Shown here: positions 9,741-18,581 of the stretch, one piece after another | Layout of the letters: each line of letters begins with the position of its first letter | Numbering within the stretch: position 1 is the first letter of the stretch | Origin: Candidatus Zixiibacteriota bacterium | GTDB lineage: Bacteria; Electryoneota; B3-LCP | Reading direction: 5' to 3' | NCBI GenBank assembly: GCA_003599535.1 | Contig: QZKQ01000033.1 | Location: forward strand, 48,837-112,836 | Length of the DNA stretch: 64,000 bases | Notes under the pieces: model-generated | The model's input: only the letters and a program-made list of their open reading frames with translations | Told to the model about the DNA's origin: nothing | Databases searched by the model: none | Made by a program: the position numbers and the translations under genes

Positions 9741-10957
9741 TCCGCCGGGTGCTGTTCATCTGTTTACTGGGAAGCGCGCTGGCGGCGACCGGCAGCGCTT
9801 ACGCGGCGGGATCCCTGTTTTCCGGCCTGGGATACGGGATCATCGAGGATTTCACCACCTCCCGGGGCATCGGCATGGGTAACGCCGGCCTGGCCCTGCG
9901 GGATTCGACCGCCCTGAACTTCGCCAACCCGGCGCTGCTGGCCGACCTGCGGCGCGTGCACCTGTCGGTGGGCGGTTACGCCGCCCGGCAGTGGATCAAG
10001 GATACGCAGGCCAGCGACGTGGACGACTGGGCGCAGGTGGAATTCTTCGGCTTGGGCATTCCCCTGGCGCGCGGTTTGGCCGTCGGGTTGACCATGTCGC
10101 CCTATAGCCGGGTGGATTTCGAGTACGCCTGGGAAGACGACCTGCCCAACCTGCCTACCAGCTTTCAGACCTACCAGGGTTCGGGAGGATTGACTCGCGC
10201 GGCCCTGCAGGCCGCCTGGGCGCCCGGCTCCTGGGGACAGATCGGTGTGGCGGGATCGGCCATCTGGGGCGAGGTCGAGGAGGTCCGCGGCAGCTACATC
10301 AGCGAACCCGGGTACCAGGACCTGGAATTCGTCACTTCCAAGCAGTGGCTGGCGTTTTCCGGCCGGGTGGGCCTGTTGCTGACCCCTTCGCCGAAGCTCA
10401 ACATCGCCGCCACCTACGAACCGGAAGTGCCGGTTGACCTGAATCAGGAATACTCCATCAGCAACCAGGACACCCTGGTGACCAGCGAGGCGGAATTCCG
10501 TCTGGCCGCCCGTTACGGCCTGGGCGCTTCCTGGCAGGTGTCCCCCCAGTGGTTGACCGCGGCGCAGGTCTTCTACGGCGCCTGGGACGGCATTTCCGAC
10601 CTGCCGGTCAACTCCGCCAACTACCAGAATTCGCTCGAACTTGCTGTGGGCGCGGAATGGGCCCCGGGCGCTCCCGACGCCGACCGCTTTATGAACCGGT
10701 TGTCCTACCGCTTCGGCGCGCGCCGGGAATCAAGCTACCTGCTGGCGGACGGCGACCCGGTGGAAGCGTACTTCGGCACCGCCGGAATCAGCTATCCCTT
10801 CCACGGCGGCCGCGACCGGCTGGATCTGTCGCTGGAACTCGGCCGGCGGGGCAGCCTGTCGGCCAACACTGCGGAAGAAACGGTGCTGCGCTTCCGCCTG
10901 GGCCTGAACCTGGGCGAAACCTGGTTCCAGCGGACCAAGCCCGACTGGCAGAAATAG
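9737..10957 (+). CDS. putative outer-membrane beta-barrel protein (FadL/PorV-like N-terminal motif)
   Basis: ATGA overlap with the lipoprotein gene. Signal peptide ..ATGSAYA. GIGMGNAGLALRDSTALNFANPALLA resembles the FadL-family N-terminal motif. Alternating beta-strand pattern throughout. Confidence 0.5.
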   Translation: MIRRVLFICLLGSALAATGSAYAAGSLFSGLGYGIIEDFTTSRGIGMGNAGLALRDSTALNFANPALLADLRRVHLSVGGYAARQWIKDTQASDVDDWAQVEFFGLGIPLARGLAVGLTMSPYSRVDFEYAWEDDLPNLPTSFQTYQGSGGLTRAALQAAWAPGSWGQIGVAGSAIWGEVEEVRGSYISEPGYQDLEFVTSKQWLAFSGRVGLLLTPSPKLNIAATYEPEVPVDLNQEYSISNQDTLVTSEAEFRLAARYGLGASWQVSPQWLTAAQVFYGAWDGISDLPVNSANYQNSLELAVGAEWAPGAPDADRFMNRLSYRFGARRESSYLLADGDPVEAYFGTAGISYPFHGGRDRLDLSLELGRRGSLSANTAEETVLRFRLGLNLGETWFQRTKPDWQK

Positions 10958-11039
10958 CGCTGAGTATAAAGACGGTTCCGCCGCCGGGACCGTCCCGGCC
11001 CCGGCGCCAACTCCACGATTCCACGCCTTGGATCTTCCC

Positions 11040-11480
11040 ATGCGCCTCTCTCTGGCTTGCGACCATGCCGGCTTCGCCTTGAAGGAGCAGTTGAAAGCGC
11101 ACCTCCTGGACCACGGGCACGAGGTCCTTGACCGGGGGTGCTTCGATGAGGCCTCCGTGGATTACCCCGATCACGGCGTGCTGGCCGCCCGGGACGTGGC
11201 CGACGGCCTGGCGGACCGGGCGGTGCTGGTGTGCGGGTCGGGGATCGGCATGAGCATTGTAGCCAATAAAGTGCGCGGCGTCCGGGCCGCGCTTTGTTTT
11301 TCCCCGGAACTGGCGGAGATGAGCCGCCGCCACAACGACGCCAACGTCCTGGCCCTGGGCGCCCGCTTCACCGACCCGGACACCGCCCGGCGCATCCTGG
11401 ACGTCTGGCTGGACACCCCTTTCGAAGGCGGCCGCCACCAACGCCGCGTGGACAAGATCTCCGGCCTGGGCGATTATTAA
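11040..11480 (+). CDS. rpiB: ribose-5-phosphate isomerase B
   Basis: MRLSLACDHAGFALKEQL.., GSGIGMSIVANKVRGVRAA and ..ANVLALGAR.. are canonical RpiB/LacAB motifs. Confidence 0.9.
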   Translation: MRLSLACDHAGFALKEQLKAHLLDHGHEVLDRGCFDEASVDYPDHGVLAARDVADGLADRAVLVCGSGIGMSIVANKVRGVRAALCFSPELAEMSRRHNDANVLALGARFTDPDTARRILDVWLDTPFEGGRHQRRVDKISGLGDY

Positions 11481-11618
11481 AGAGGATTCGCGCGTTTCGT
11501 TTCCCCGGGCGCCAATCCGGAGAGCAATTCCAGGCAAAGGTGTTAGTCCTGATTAAATTCCTGCCGAATATTCCGTATCACTCGTAAAGCCTCCTCCATA
11601 TTACCCTGTGGAGATTTC

Positions 11619-12698
11619 ATGCCGGAGGACAACGAGAAGTACCGCGAACGCGTCATCGTTGATATCAGCACAATCGCCGTATTCAAGCTGCTGCTCTTCT
11701 TCCTGGTTATTGTTTTCCTCTATTTCATCCGGGAAGTGGTGGGGATCGTGTTCGCTTCCCTGGTATTTTCCCTGGCCCTGAATCCCTGGGTCAACTGGCT
11801 CCAGGCCCAGCGCATGCCCCGCATTCTGGCGATCTTCAGCATCTATCTGCTGATCCTTTCCGCCTTCACCCTGGCCCTGGTCCTGATCATTCCCCCCGTG
11901 GCCCAGCAAGTGGCCGATATCGCCGCCAAGTTCCCGGCATATTATCAGCAGGTGCTGGAGGCGATTCAGGATCTGCGGCTGTTCCGCGACCTGGATCTCG
12001 AACAGCAACTGGAAACCGGCCTGGGACGGGTGGGCGAACTGGCCAGCACCGCCGCGCCGGGCGTGGTCAGCATCCTGATGACGGTGTTCGGCGGAGTCTT
12101 CTCCCTGATCCTGATCCTGGTGCTGACACTGTACTTCATCCTGGAAGAGGCGGGATTCAAGCGCCTGGTCCGCAATGTGGCGCCGCGCCGCCACCGGGCC
12201 TACGTGTCCGGGCTGGTGGATCGCATGGAAAGCCGCATGAGTCTCTGGCTGCGCGGCCAGATCCTGCTCTCCTTAAGCATCTTCGTTTTGACCTTCATCA
12301 GCCTGGAAGTGGCCGGCATAAATTACGCCTTATTGATCGCTTTCATCGCGGGATTGTTTGAAATCATCCCCTTCCTGGGCCCCATCCTGGCAGGCATTCC
12401 GGCGGTGTTCTTCGCCCTGGCACAGTCGCCCGGCAAGGCGGTCCTGGTGGTGGTCATCTTCGTCATCGTCCAGCAGTTGGAAAATCACGTGCTGACGCCC
12501 AAAGTCCTGGGCGGATCGGTGCACATGAACCCGCTGGTGGTCATCGTCGTGGTGCTGGTCGGCGCCCAGTTGGGAGGCGTCCTGGGCATCCTGCTGTCGG
12601 TGCCGGTAGCCAGCGCACTGTCCATCCTGCTGCGCGACATTCTGGAAGCACGGGATGAGGCGACCACCAACGAAACCCCAGAGACGGCGCCGAAATAG
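11619..12698 (+). CDS. AI-2E family transporter (PerM/UPF0118)
   Basis: Membrane protein with 7-8 TM segments. Conserved C-terminal half ..EIIPFLGPILAGIPAV..QQLENHVLTPKVLG... Confidence 0.85.
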   Translation: MPEDNEKYRERVIVDISTIAVFKLLLFFLVIVFLYFIREVVGIVFASLVFSLALNPWVNWLQAQRMPRILAIFSIYLLILSAFTLALVLIIPPVAQQVADIAAKFPAYYQQVLEAIQDLRLFRDLDLEQQLETGLGRVGELASTAAPGVVSILMTVFGGVFSLILILVLTLYFILEEAGFKRLVRNVAPRRHRAYVSGLVDRMESRMSLWLRGQILLSLSIFVLTFISLEVAGINYALLIAFIAGLFEIIPFLGPILAGIPAVFFALAQSPGKAVLVVVIFVIVQQLENHVLTPKVLGGSVHMNPLVVIVVVLVGAQLGGVLGILLSVPVASALSILLRDILEARDEATTNETPETAPK

Positions 12699-12804
12699 CC
12701 TGCCGCTCATGGCCTTCGCTGCCGCCGGGAACAGGAAGGCCGGAAGTGACCAACCGCACAGCGAAAATATCTCACCTGCCATAGATTAACCCCTGGAGAC
12801 CGCC

Positions 12805-14094
12805 ATGAAAAGTTTAGCCGAAGTGGATCCTGAAATTAAAGACGTCATCCGCGGCGAACTGCACCGGCAGAGCTTCACGCTGGAAATGATCGCTTCGGAA
12901 AACTTTACCTCCCGCGCCGTCCTGGAAGCCATGGGATCGGTGCTGACCAACAAGTACGCCGAAGGCTACCCCCACAAGCGCTATTACGGCGGCTGCGAAT
13001 ACGTGGATACAGCCGAAGAACTGGCCCGGGAACGCGCCTGCCGGCTGTTCAAGTGCCGCTGGGCCAACGTACAGCCCCACGCCGGATCGCAGGCCAACAT
13101 GGCGGTTTACATGGCCCTGCTCCAGCCCGGCGATACCGTCATGGGTATGAATCTGTCCCACGGCGGCCACTTGACTCACGGCAGTCCGGTGAACTTCTCC
13201 GGCCGGCTGTACAAGATCATCCCCTACGGCGTGGGCGAGAAGACCGGCACCATTGATTTCGACCAGGTGCGGCAGCTGGCGCACGAACACAAGCCGAAGA
13301 TGATCATGACCGGCGCCTCGGCCTACCCGCGGATTATAGACTTCGCCCGCTTCCGGCAGATCGCCGACGAAGTGGGGGCCTACCTGGTGGCCGACATCGC
13401 CCACATCGCCGGGATGGTGGCCACCGACCTGCACCCCTCCCCCATCCCCCACTGCCACATGGTTACCACCACCACGCACAAGACCCTGCGAGGGCCGCGC
13501 GGCGGGGCCATCATGTCCGACTTCGAGGGCGGGGAAATCCTGCTCTCCGGCATGCCCAAGCCCAAGACCCTGACCGAAGCGGTGGATTCGCTGACCTTCC
13601 CCGGCATACAGGGCGGGCCGCTGATGCACGTCATCGCGGCCAAGGCGGTGGCCTTCAAGGAAGCGCTGCAGCCGGAATACACGGCCTACTGCGAGCAGAT
13701 CCTGAAGAACGCCCAGGCGCTGGCCGAAACTCTGGCCGGAGAAGGCTTCAACCTGGTGTCCGGCGGCACCGACAACCACCTGATGCTGGTGGACCTGCGC
13801 AACATGGACATCACCGGCAAGGACGCCGAAGCCGCCCTGGAAAAAGCCGGCATCACCGTGAACAAGAACACCGTACCTTTCGAAACCCGCAGCCCCTTTG
13901 TCACCTCCGGCATCCGCATCGGCACGCCGGCGCTGACCACCCGGGGCATGAAGGAAGCCGAAATGCGCACCATCGGCAAGTGGATCTCCCGGGTGATCCA
14001 TCATGCCGCCGACGAGAAAGTCATCGCCGAGGTCAAATCCCAGGTCGAAGAGCTGTGCAAGGGGTTCGTGATTTACGGGGATTTGATGGATTAG
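12805..14094 (+). CDS. glyA: serine hydroxymethyltransferase
   Basis: Full-length SHMT with the PLP-lysine motif [14 protein letters not shown]. Confidence 0.95.
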   Translation: MKSLAEVDPEIKDVIRGELHRQSFTLEMIASENFTSRAVLEAMGSVLTNKYAEGYPHKRYYGGCEYVDTAEELARERACRLFKCRWANVQPHAGSQANMAVYMALLQPGDTVMGMNLSHGGHLTHGSPVNFSGRLYKIIPYGVGEKTGTIDFDQVRQLAHEHKPKMIMTGASAYPRIIDFARFRQIADEVGAYLVADIAHIAGMVATDLHPSPIPHCHMVTTTTHKTLRGPRGGAIMSDFEGGEILLSGMPKPKTLTEAVDSLTFPGIQGGPLMHVIAAKAVAFKEALQPEYTAYCEQILKNAQALAETLAGEGFNLVSGGTDNHLMLVDLRNMDITGKDAEAALEKAGITVNKNTVPFETRSPFVTSGIRIGTPALTTRGMKEAEMRTIGKWISRVIHHAADEKVIAEVKSQVEELCKGFVIYGDLMD

Positions 14095-14115
14095 GGGCTG
14101 GGGGCTGGGGGCTGG
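14094..14115 (+). repeat. (GGGGCTG)x3 heptamer tract abutting the glyA stop codon
   Basis: ggggctg ggggctg ggggctg starts at the last base of the TAG stop. Confidence 0.85.
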
Positions 14116-14298
14116 AAAACCCCGACTGTTTCGTCAAGTCTTAGCCGCTGAGATTAGAGTCTGACCGGGAAGTGGTGAACGAAAATAAGCCTTCCTCGAC
14201 GGCGGCGTGACCTGACGCGGGGAAAAACCCTGCAAACAACGGAAAGTTAAGCATCAGTAAAATACGGGGGCGAGGCGAGGTATGTCTCGCCCTCTTGC

Positions 14299-14320
14299 GC
14301 ACCCGAATAAATTCGGGTGC
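14299..14320. repeat. 22-nt palindrome GCACCCGAAT-AA-ATTCGGGTGC
   Basis: 10-bp arms, 2-nt centre. Identical copy at 37389-37410. Near-identical copies at 23403-23424, 37499-37520 and 28601-28621. Confidence 0.9.
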
Positions 14321-14436
14321 TCCACGGTAGCAGGAAGTCGCTGAAAGCGACTGCCGAATGGCCAACGGTGACCCGGCGGCAATTAACAGATCAAAGGACT
14401 GCTCCTGCGTCTCTGCGTCTCTGCGAGAAACAAATC

Positions 14437-15024
14437 ATGGCTGATCCGGATAAACAAGGTTGCTTCTGGCCCACGCGCAGCGCCCTGCTGCAGGCCTACC
14501 ACGATACTGAGTGGGGCGTGCCACTGCACAACGACCGTACCTTGTTCGAGTACCTGGTGCTGGGCGGCGCCCAGGCGGGGTTGAACTGGGAGATCATCCT
14601 GAAGCGGCGCGAAGGCTACCGCCGGGCGTTCGACCATTTCGACCTCGCCAGGGTGGCGGCCTACGACGACGCCGACTTCGCCCGGCTGCTGGCGGACTCC
14701 GGCATCATCCGCAACCGGGCCAAGATCAGTTCGGCCATCCACAATGCCGGGAAGGTTATCGAAGTGCAGCAGGAATTCGGCTCCTTCGACCGCTACGTGT
14801 GGCAGTTCACCGGCGGGGTGACCATCCACCACCGTTGGACGGAAGAGGCGCAGATTCCCGCCACCTCGCCGGAATCCGACGCCCTGAGCCGGGATATGAT
14901 CCGGCGGGGGTTCAAGTTCGCCGGCTCGACCATCTGCTACGCCTTCATGCAGGCGGTGGGGATGGTGAACGATCACCTGGTGGGATGCCGTAGGTGGGCG
15001 GAATTGGGCGGGGATCAGAAATAA
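14437..15024 (+). CDS. tag: DNA-3-methyladenine glycosylase I
   Basis: ..CFWP..YHDTEWGVPLHNDRTLFEYLVLGGAQAGLNWEIILKRREGYRRAF.. is the Tag signature. Start ATG 14437 inside ORF 14317-15024. Confidence 0.9.
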   Translation: MADPDKQGCFWPTRSALLQAYHDTEWGVPLHNDRTLFEYLVLGGAQAGLNWEIILKRREGYRRAFDHFDLARVAAYDDADFARLLADSGIIRNRAKISSAIHNAGKVIEVQQEFGSFDRYVWQFTGGVTIHHRWTEEAQIPATSPESDALSRDMIRRGFKFAGSTICYAFMQAVGMVNDHLVGCRRWAELGGDQK

Positions 15025-15082
15025 TCCGTGCTCCACTCGTAGACGCTGCCATATCCTTAACTCATAGCCGCAAATTTCCGCC

Positions 15083-15949
15083 ATGTCCCTGGCCGCCCGA
15101 CGCTTTGATCCTTCCGCCTTCCTGGTTCTGACCCGGCCGGGCAACGTGGCTCTGACCGCGCTGTCGGTGGGGGTGGCGGGGGCCATTTCCAGCCCGGATT
15201 GGCCCGCCCGCGGCGGGGATCTACTGACGGCCATGGCCGCCGCCGCGCTGGTGGCCGCCGGCGGCAATGCCTACAACGACTGGCGCGACCGCGACCTGGA
15301 CCGCCTGCAGAAACCCCACCGGCCGCTGCCCGCCGGGAGGGTATCCCCGGGCGCGGCGCTGCTGCTGGCGCAATCTTGCCTGATCGCCGGCCTCATTCTG
15401 GCGGGGTGGGTGAATCCGGCCGCGCAGGGCGTGGCCCTGGCCGCCGGGATCACGCTGATCCTGTACAGCCGCTACTGGAAGGGCGTGCCCCTGGCGGGGA
15501 ACCTGGCCGTGGCCTTCGTGGCCGGGCTGGCCTTCGTCTTCGGCGGACTGGCGGTGGGCGAACCGGGCAACGCCCTGTGGGCCGCGGCGCTGGCCTTCGG
15601 CTTTCACCTGGGGCGGGAGATCATCAAGGATATGGAGGACGTGCCGGGAGATTCCGCCGCCGGGGTGGGAACTCTGCCGGTGCGCTATGGATTGCCCGCG
15701 GCGCGCGGCGCCGTCCTGTTGGTCTTCACCCTGCTGGCAGTCCTGTTGCCGTTACCGTATTACTTGGGAAACTACCGGTCGGCCTACCTGGCGGTGGCGT
15801 TGGCCGGCGTGCTCCCGGTACTGATCCTGGCTGCGGCGCTGGCTTGGCGGTGGTCCCGCCCGGAAGACCTGCACCGGCTGGGAGTCTTGCTGAAATGGGA
15901 TATGCTGGCAGGCCTGGGGGCGCTTTACCTGGGCCGGCCCGGAGGATGA
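15083..15949 (+). CDS. UbiA-family prenyltransferase
   Basis: Polytopic membrane protein with the Asp-rich motif NAYNDWRDRDLD followed by KPHRPLPAG. 288 aa. Confidence 0.8.
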   Translation: MSLAARRFDPSAFLVLTRPGNVALTALSVGVAGAISSPDWPARGGDLLTAMAAAALVAAGGNAYNDWRDRDLDRLQKPHRPLPAGRVSPGAALLLAQSCLIAGLILAGWVNPAAQGVALAAGITLILYSRYWKGVPLAGNLAVAFVAGLAFVFGGLAVGEPGNALWAAALAFGFHLGREIIKDMEDVPGDSAAGVGTLPVRYGLPAARGAVLLVFTLLAVLLPLPYYLGNYRSAYLAVALAGVLPVLILAAALAWRWSRPEDLHRLGVLLKWDMLAGLGALYLGRPGG

Positions 15950-15960
15950 GGATAATCTGC

Positions 15961-16563
15961 ATGGCGGACGCCATCGCCGAATTCTGGCGCCGGGCCGGCG
16001 TCAGCGAACCGTTGATTCTGGCTTCCAGTTCGCCGCGGCGGGCGGACCTGCTGCGCGCCGTCGGCTGCCCCTTCGAAGTGGTTCCGCCGGACTATGACGA
16101 AGGCAGCTACGGACCCTGGGACGGCGGGGAACATCTACGTTCCCTGGCTGTTGAAAAAGCGGAAAGAGTCCGCGCCCTGCGCCGCGGACGGACGGTGCTG
16201 GCGGCCGATACCGTGGTGCTGGTGGACAACCGGGTGCTGGGCAAACCGGCGGATCCGGTGGAAGCCGCCGCCATGCTGTCGCTGCTCTCCGGCCGCGAGC
16301 ACGAGGTCTGGACCGCCCTCTGCTACTTCCCGCCCGGCGGCGGACCCGCCCGCCAGGCTGCCGTCTCCACCCGGGTAACGTTCCGCGCGCTGAGCGCCGG
16401 GGAGATCGCGGCCTACGTCGCCACCGGCGAACCGCTGGACAAGGCCGGCGCCTACGGCATTCAGGGACTGGGCGGCTTATGGATTTCCCGTATCGAAGGA
16501 TGTTATTTCAACGTGGTCGGACTCCCGTTGTCAGCCCTATGGGACCTCGTGCAGTCCCGGTAG
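15961..16563 (+). CDS. maf: Maf-like nucleoside triphosphate pyrophosphatase (septum formation protein)
   Basis: LILASSSPRRADLL, ADTVV and GAYGIQG motifs. This is the real gene within the long artefactual ORF 15199-16563. ATG 15946 (ATGA overlap with ubiA) is an alternative start. Confidence 0.88.
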   Translation: MADAIAEFWRRAGVSEPLILASSSPRRADLLRAVGCPFEVVPPDYDEGSYGPWDGGEHLRSLAVEKAERVRALRRGRTVLAADTVVLVDNRVLGKPADPVEAAAMLSLLSGREHEVWTALCYFPPGGGPARQAAVSTRVTFRALSAGEIAAYVATGEPLDKAGAYGIQGLGGLWISRIEGCYFNVVGLPLSALWDLVQSR

Positions 16564-16575
16564 AGGTCGCTACGC

Positions 16576-17523
16576 ATGCCAAATTCATACGACGACATCA
16601 AAAAATTCGGGCAGGAGTTGATCCAGGCCCGGGAGCAACGAGGGATGTCCCTGGAGCAGATTTCGGACATCACCAAGGTGCACGAACGCTACCTCCGGGC
16701 CATGGAAGAGGGCCACTGGGATCTGCTCCCCCGGCCCTACATGGAATCCTTCCTGCACGCTTATGCCGAAGCCGTGGGGATGAACATCCCCAAGGTGATG
16801 CAGGAGTTCCATGACCTGATGCCGGGCGAGACCCGTCCTCCGGGCCGGGAACGCCTGGAGCCGGAGACGCCGGAAGAGGCCGCGGCGGACCGGCCGCCTC
16901 ACCGTCGGAGCCGGACCTGGTATATCCTGGGCGGCCTGGTGGTGCTGATCGTGGCCGCGGCCCTCATCGCCTACTTCGCCTGGAAGCCGGACCTGCAAAC
17001 ACTGCCGGTGCACCAGGTGCAGGGCGGGCGGATGATCGCGCCGACGGACACCCTGCAGCCCTTCCATCCCGACAGTGCGGCGCGAGCTGATTCCCTGCTG
17101 CCGGATACCCTCCGGCCCGACACCACCGTCATTGACACCGGGGCCACCCTGCAGGTGCCGGCCGACCCGAGGCTGTCGAATATTGCCGGCATGAACCTGG
17201 TGGCCCGGGCCTTCCAGCCCTGCTGGTTGCGCGCCACGCTGGACAATGCCGAGGTCCAGGAAGTCCTGCTGCAGGCCGGCGACAGCATCGCCTGGAAGGC
17301 CTCCGACGAGGTGATGATGGTCATCGGCAACGCCGGCGGCGTGCACCTGGAAATGGACGGGGAAGACTTGGGCGTCCTGGGGCCGGAAGGCAAGGTCGTC
17401 ACCGTGGTCATCACCCCCGACGGCATACAATCCCAGAGAATGGGCAAGGAAAAACTGACTCCCCCCATGGGTCCGGAATCCCTTCCGGATACCACCCGGG
17501 TCAACCAGGCCTCCAATACGTGA
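16576..17523 (+). CDS. rodZ: RodZ-like cytoskeleton protein (HTH + TM + DUF4115-like domain)
   Basis: N-terminal Cro/C1-type HTH (GQELIQAREQRGMSLEQISDITKV), single TM (WYILGGLVVLIVAAALIAYF) and a beta-rich C-terminus. GTGA overlap with ispG reproduces the known rodZ-ispG synteny. Confidence 0.75.
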   Translation: MPNSYDDIKKFGQELIQAREQRGMSLEQISDITKVHERYLRAMEEGHWDLLPRPYMESFLHAYAEAVGMNIPKVMQEFHDLMPGETRPPGRERLEPETPEEAAADRPPHRRSRTWYILGGLVVLIVAAALIAYFAWKPDLQTLPVHQVQGGRMIAPTDTLQPFHPDSAARADSLLPDTLRPDTTVIDTGATLQVPADPRLSNIAGMNLVARAFQPCWLRATLDNAEVQEVLLQAGDSIAWKASDEVMMVIGNAGGVHLEMDGEDLGVLGPEGKVVTVVITPDGIQSQRMGKEKLTPPMGPESLPDTTRVNQASNT

Positions 17524-18581
17524 TCCTGAGAAAACCGACCCGCCGTGTAGAGATCCGGGGGCTGGGGCTGGGCGGCTTCGAGCCGGTCCGGCTGCAGTCC
17601 ATGACCTGCACGGCGACCACAGATATCCCCGCCACCCTGGACCAGATCCGCCGCCTCGAAGCAGCCGGCTGCGAACTGGTGCGCCTGGCCATTCCCGACC
17701 ATGAGGCGGCCGCCGCCTTCGCTCAAATTCGCCGCCAGACCGACCTGCCCCTGGTGGCCGACATCCACTTCGATTACCGCCTGGCCCTGGAAGCGCTCCG
17801 GGCCGGCGCCGACAAGATCCGCCTGAATCCGGGCAACATCGGCGGGGAAGAGCGCGCCCTGACCGTGGCCCGCGAAGCCGCCGCCCGGGGCGTACCGATC
17901 CGCATCGGGGTCAATTCCGGGTCGGTGGAGAAGGACCTGCTGGCCAAGTACGGCGAACCGACTCCGCAGGCCCTGGTGGAATCGGCTCTGCGCCACGTGG
18001 ACCTGCTGTCCGCCGTGCCGGACCTCCAGCTTGTGCTCTCTCTGAAAGCCTCCGACGTGCTCACCACCATCGAAGCCTACCGCGCCGTTTCCGCGCAGAC
18101 CGACCTCCCCCTGCACCTGGGCGTAACCGAAGCCGGCACCCCCTTCACCGGGGCCATCCGCTCGGCGGTGGGCATCGGCACCCTGCTGGCGGAAGGCCTC
18201 GGCGACACCCTGCGCGTGTCCCTGACCGGCGACGTGGTCGAAGAGATCAAAGTGGGGTGGGAAATCCTGCGCTCGCTGGGGCTGCGCCGCCGCGGCGTGG
18301 AGCTGATCAGTTGCCCCACCTGCGGCCGCACCGAAGTGGACCTGGTGGGCATCGCCGTGCGGGTGGAAAAGGCGCTGGAGGACATCCAGCAGCCGCTGCG
18401 GGTGGCGGTGATGGGCTGCGCCGTTAACGGCCCGGGGGAAGCCCGCGGCGCCGACGTGGGGGTGGCCTGCGGCAAGGGCAAGGGGTTGATCTTCGTGCGG
18501 GGGGAGACCGTCCGAGCCGTCCCTGAAGAGCGCATCGTGGAAGAGCTGGTGGCGGAGGTGAGGAAATTTCTGGAGGGGTAA
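17520..18581 (+). CDS. ispG: 4-hydroxy-3-methylbut-2-en-1-yl diphosphate synthase
   Basis: Full-length GcpE/IspG (..RLQSMT..IRLNPGNIG..CPTCGR..VMGCAVNGPGE..). GTG start. Confidence 0.95.
   Translation: MILRKPTRRVEIRGLGLGGFEPVRLQSMTCTATTDIPATLDQIRRLEAAGCELVRLAIPDHEAAAAFAQIRRQTDLPLVADIHFDYRLALEALRAGADKIRLNPGNIGGEERALTVAREAAARGVPIRIGVNSGSVEKDLLAKYGEPTPQALVESALRHVDLLSAVPDLQLVLSLKASDVLTTIEAYRAVSAQTDLPLHLGVTEAGTPFTGAIRSAVGIGTLLAEGLGDTLRVSLTGDVVEEIKVGWEILRSLGLRRRGVELISCPTCGRTEVDLVGIAVRVEKALEDIQQPLRVAVMGCAVNGPGEARGADVGVACGKGKGLIFVRGETVRAVPEERIVEELVAEVRKFLEG

Noticed and set aside
12814-14004. Long antisense and alternative-frame ORFs. Examples: 12814-14004(-), 1840-3015(-), 3449-4516(-), 5500-6846(-), 16971-18116(-), 20548-21828(-), 25623-27035(+), 26698-27834(-), 33779-35308(-), 45579-46763(+), 60102-61235(-).
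   Set aside because: They lie entirely within well-supported genes on the other strand or frame. They have Arg/Gly/Pro/Ala-rich low-complexity translations typical of stop-poor shadow frames in high-GC DNA, and show no recognisable motifs.
15199-16563. 454-aa ORF spanning the ubiA and maf regions
   Set aside because: The first two-thirds is an out-of-frame shadow of the UbiA gene with an RG-rich translation. Only the portion from ATG 15961 has Maf motifs.
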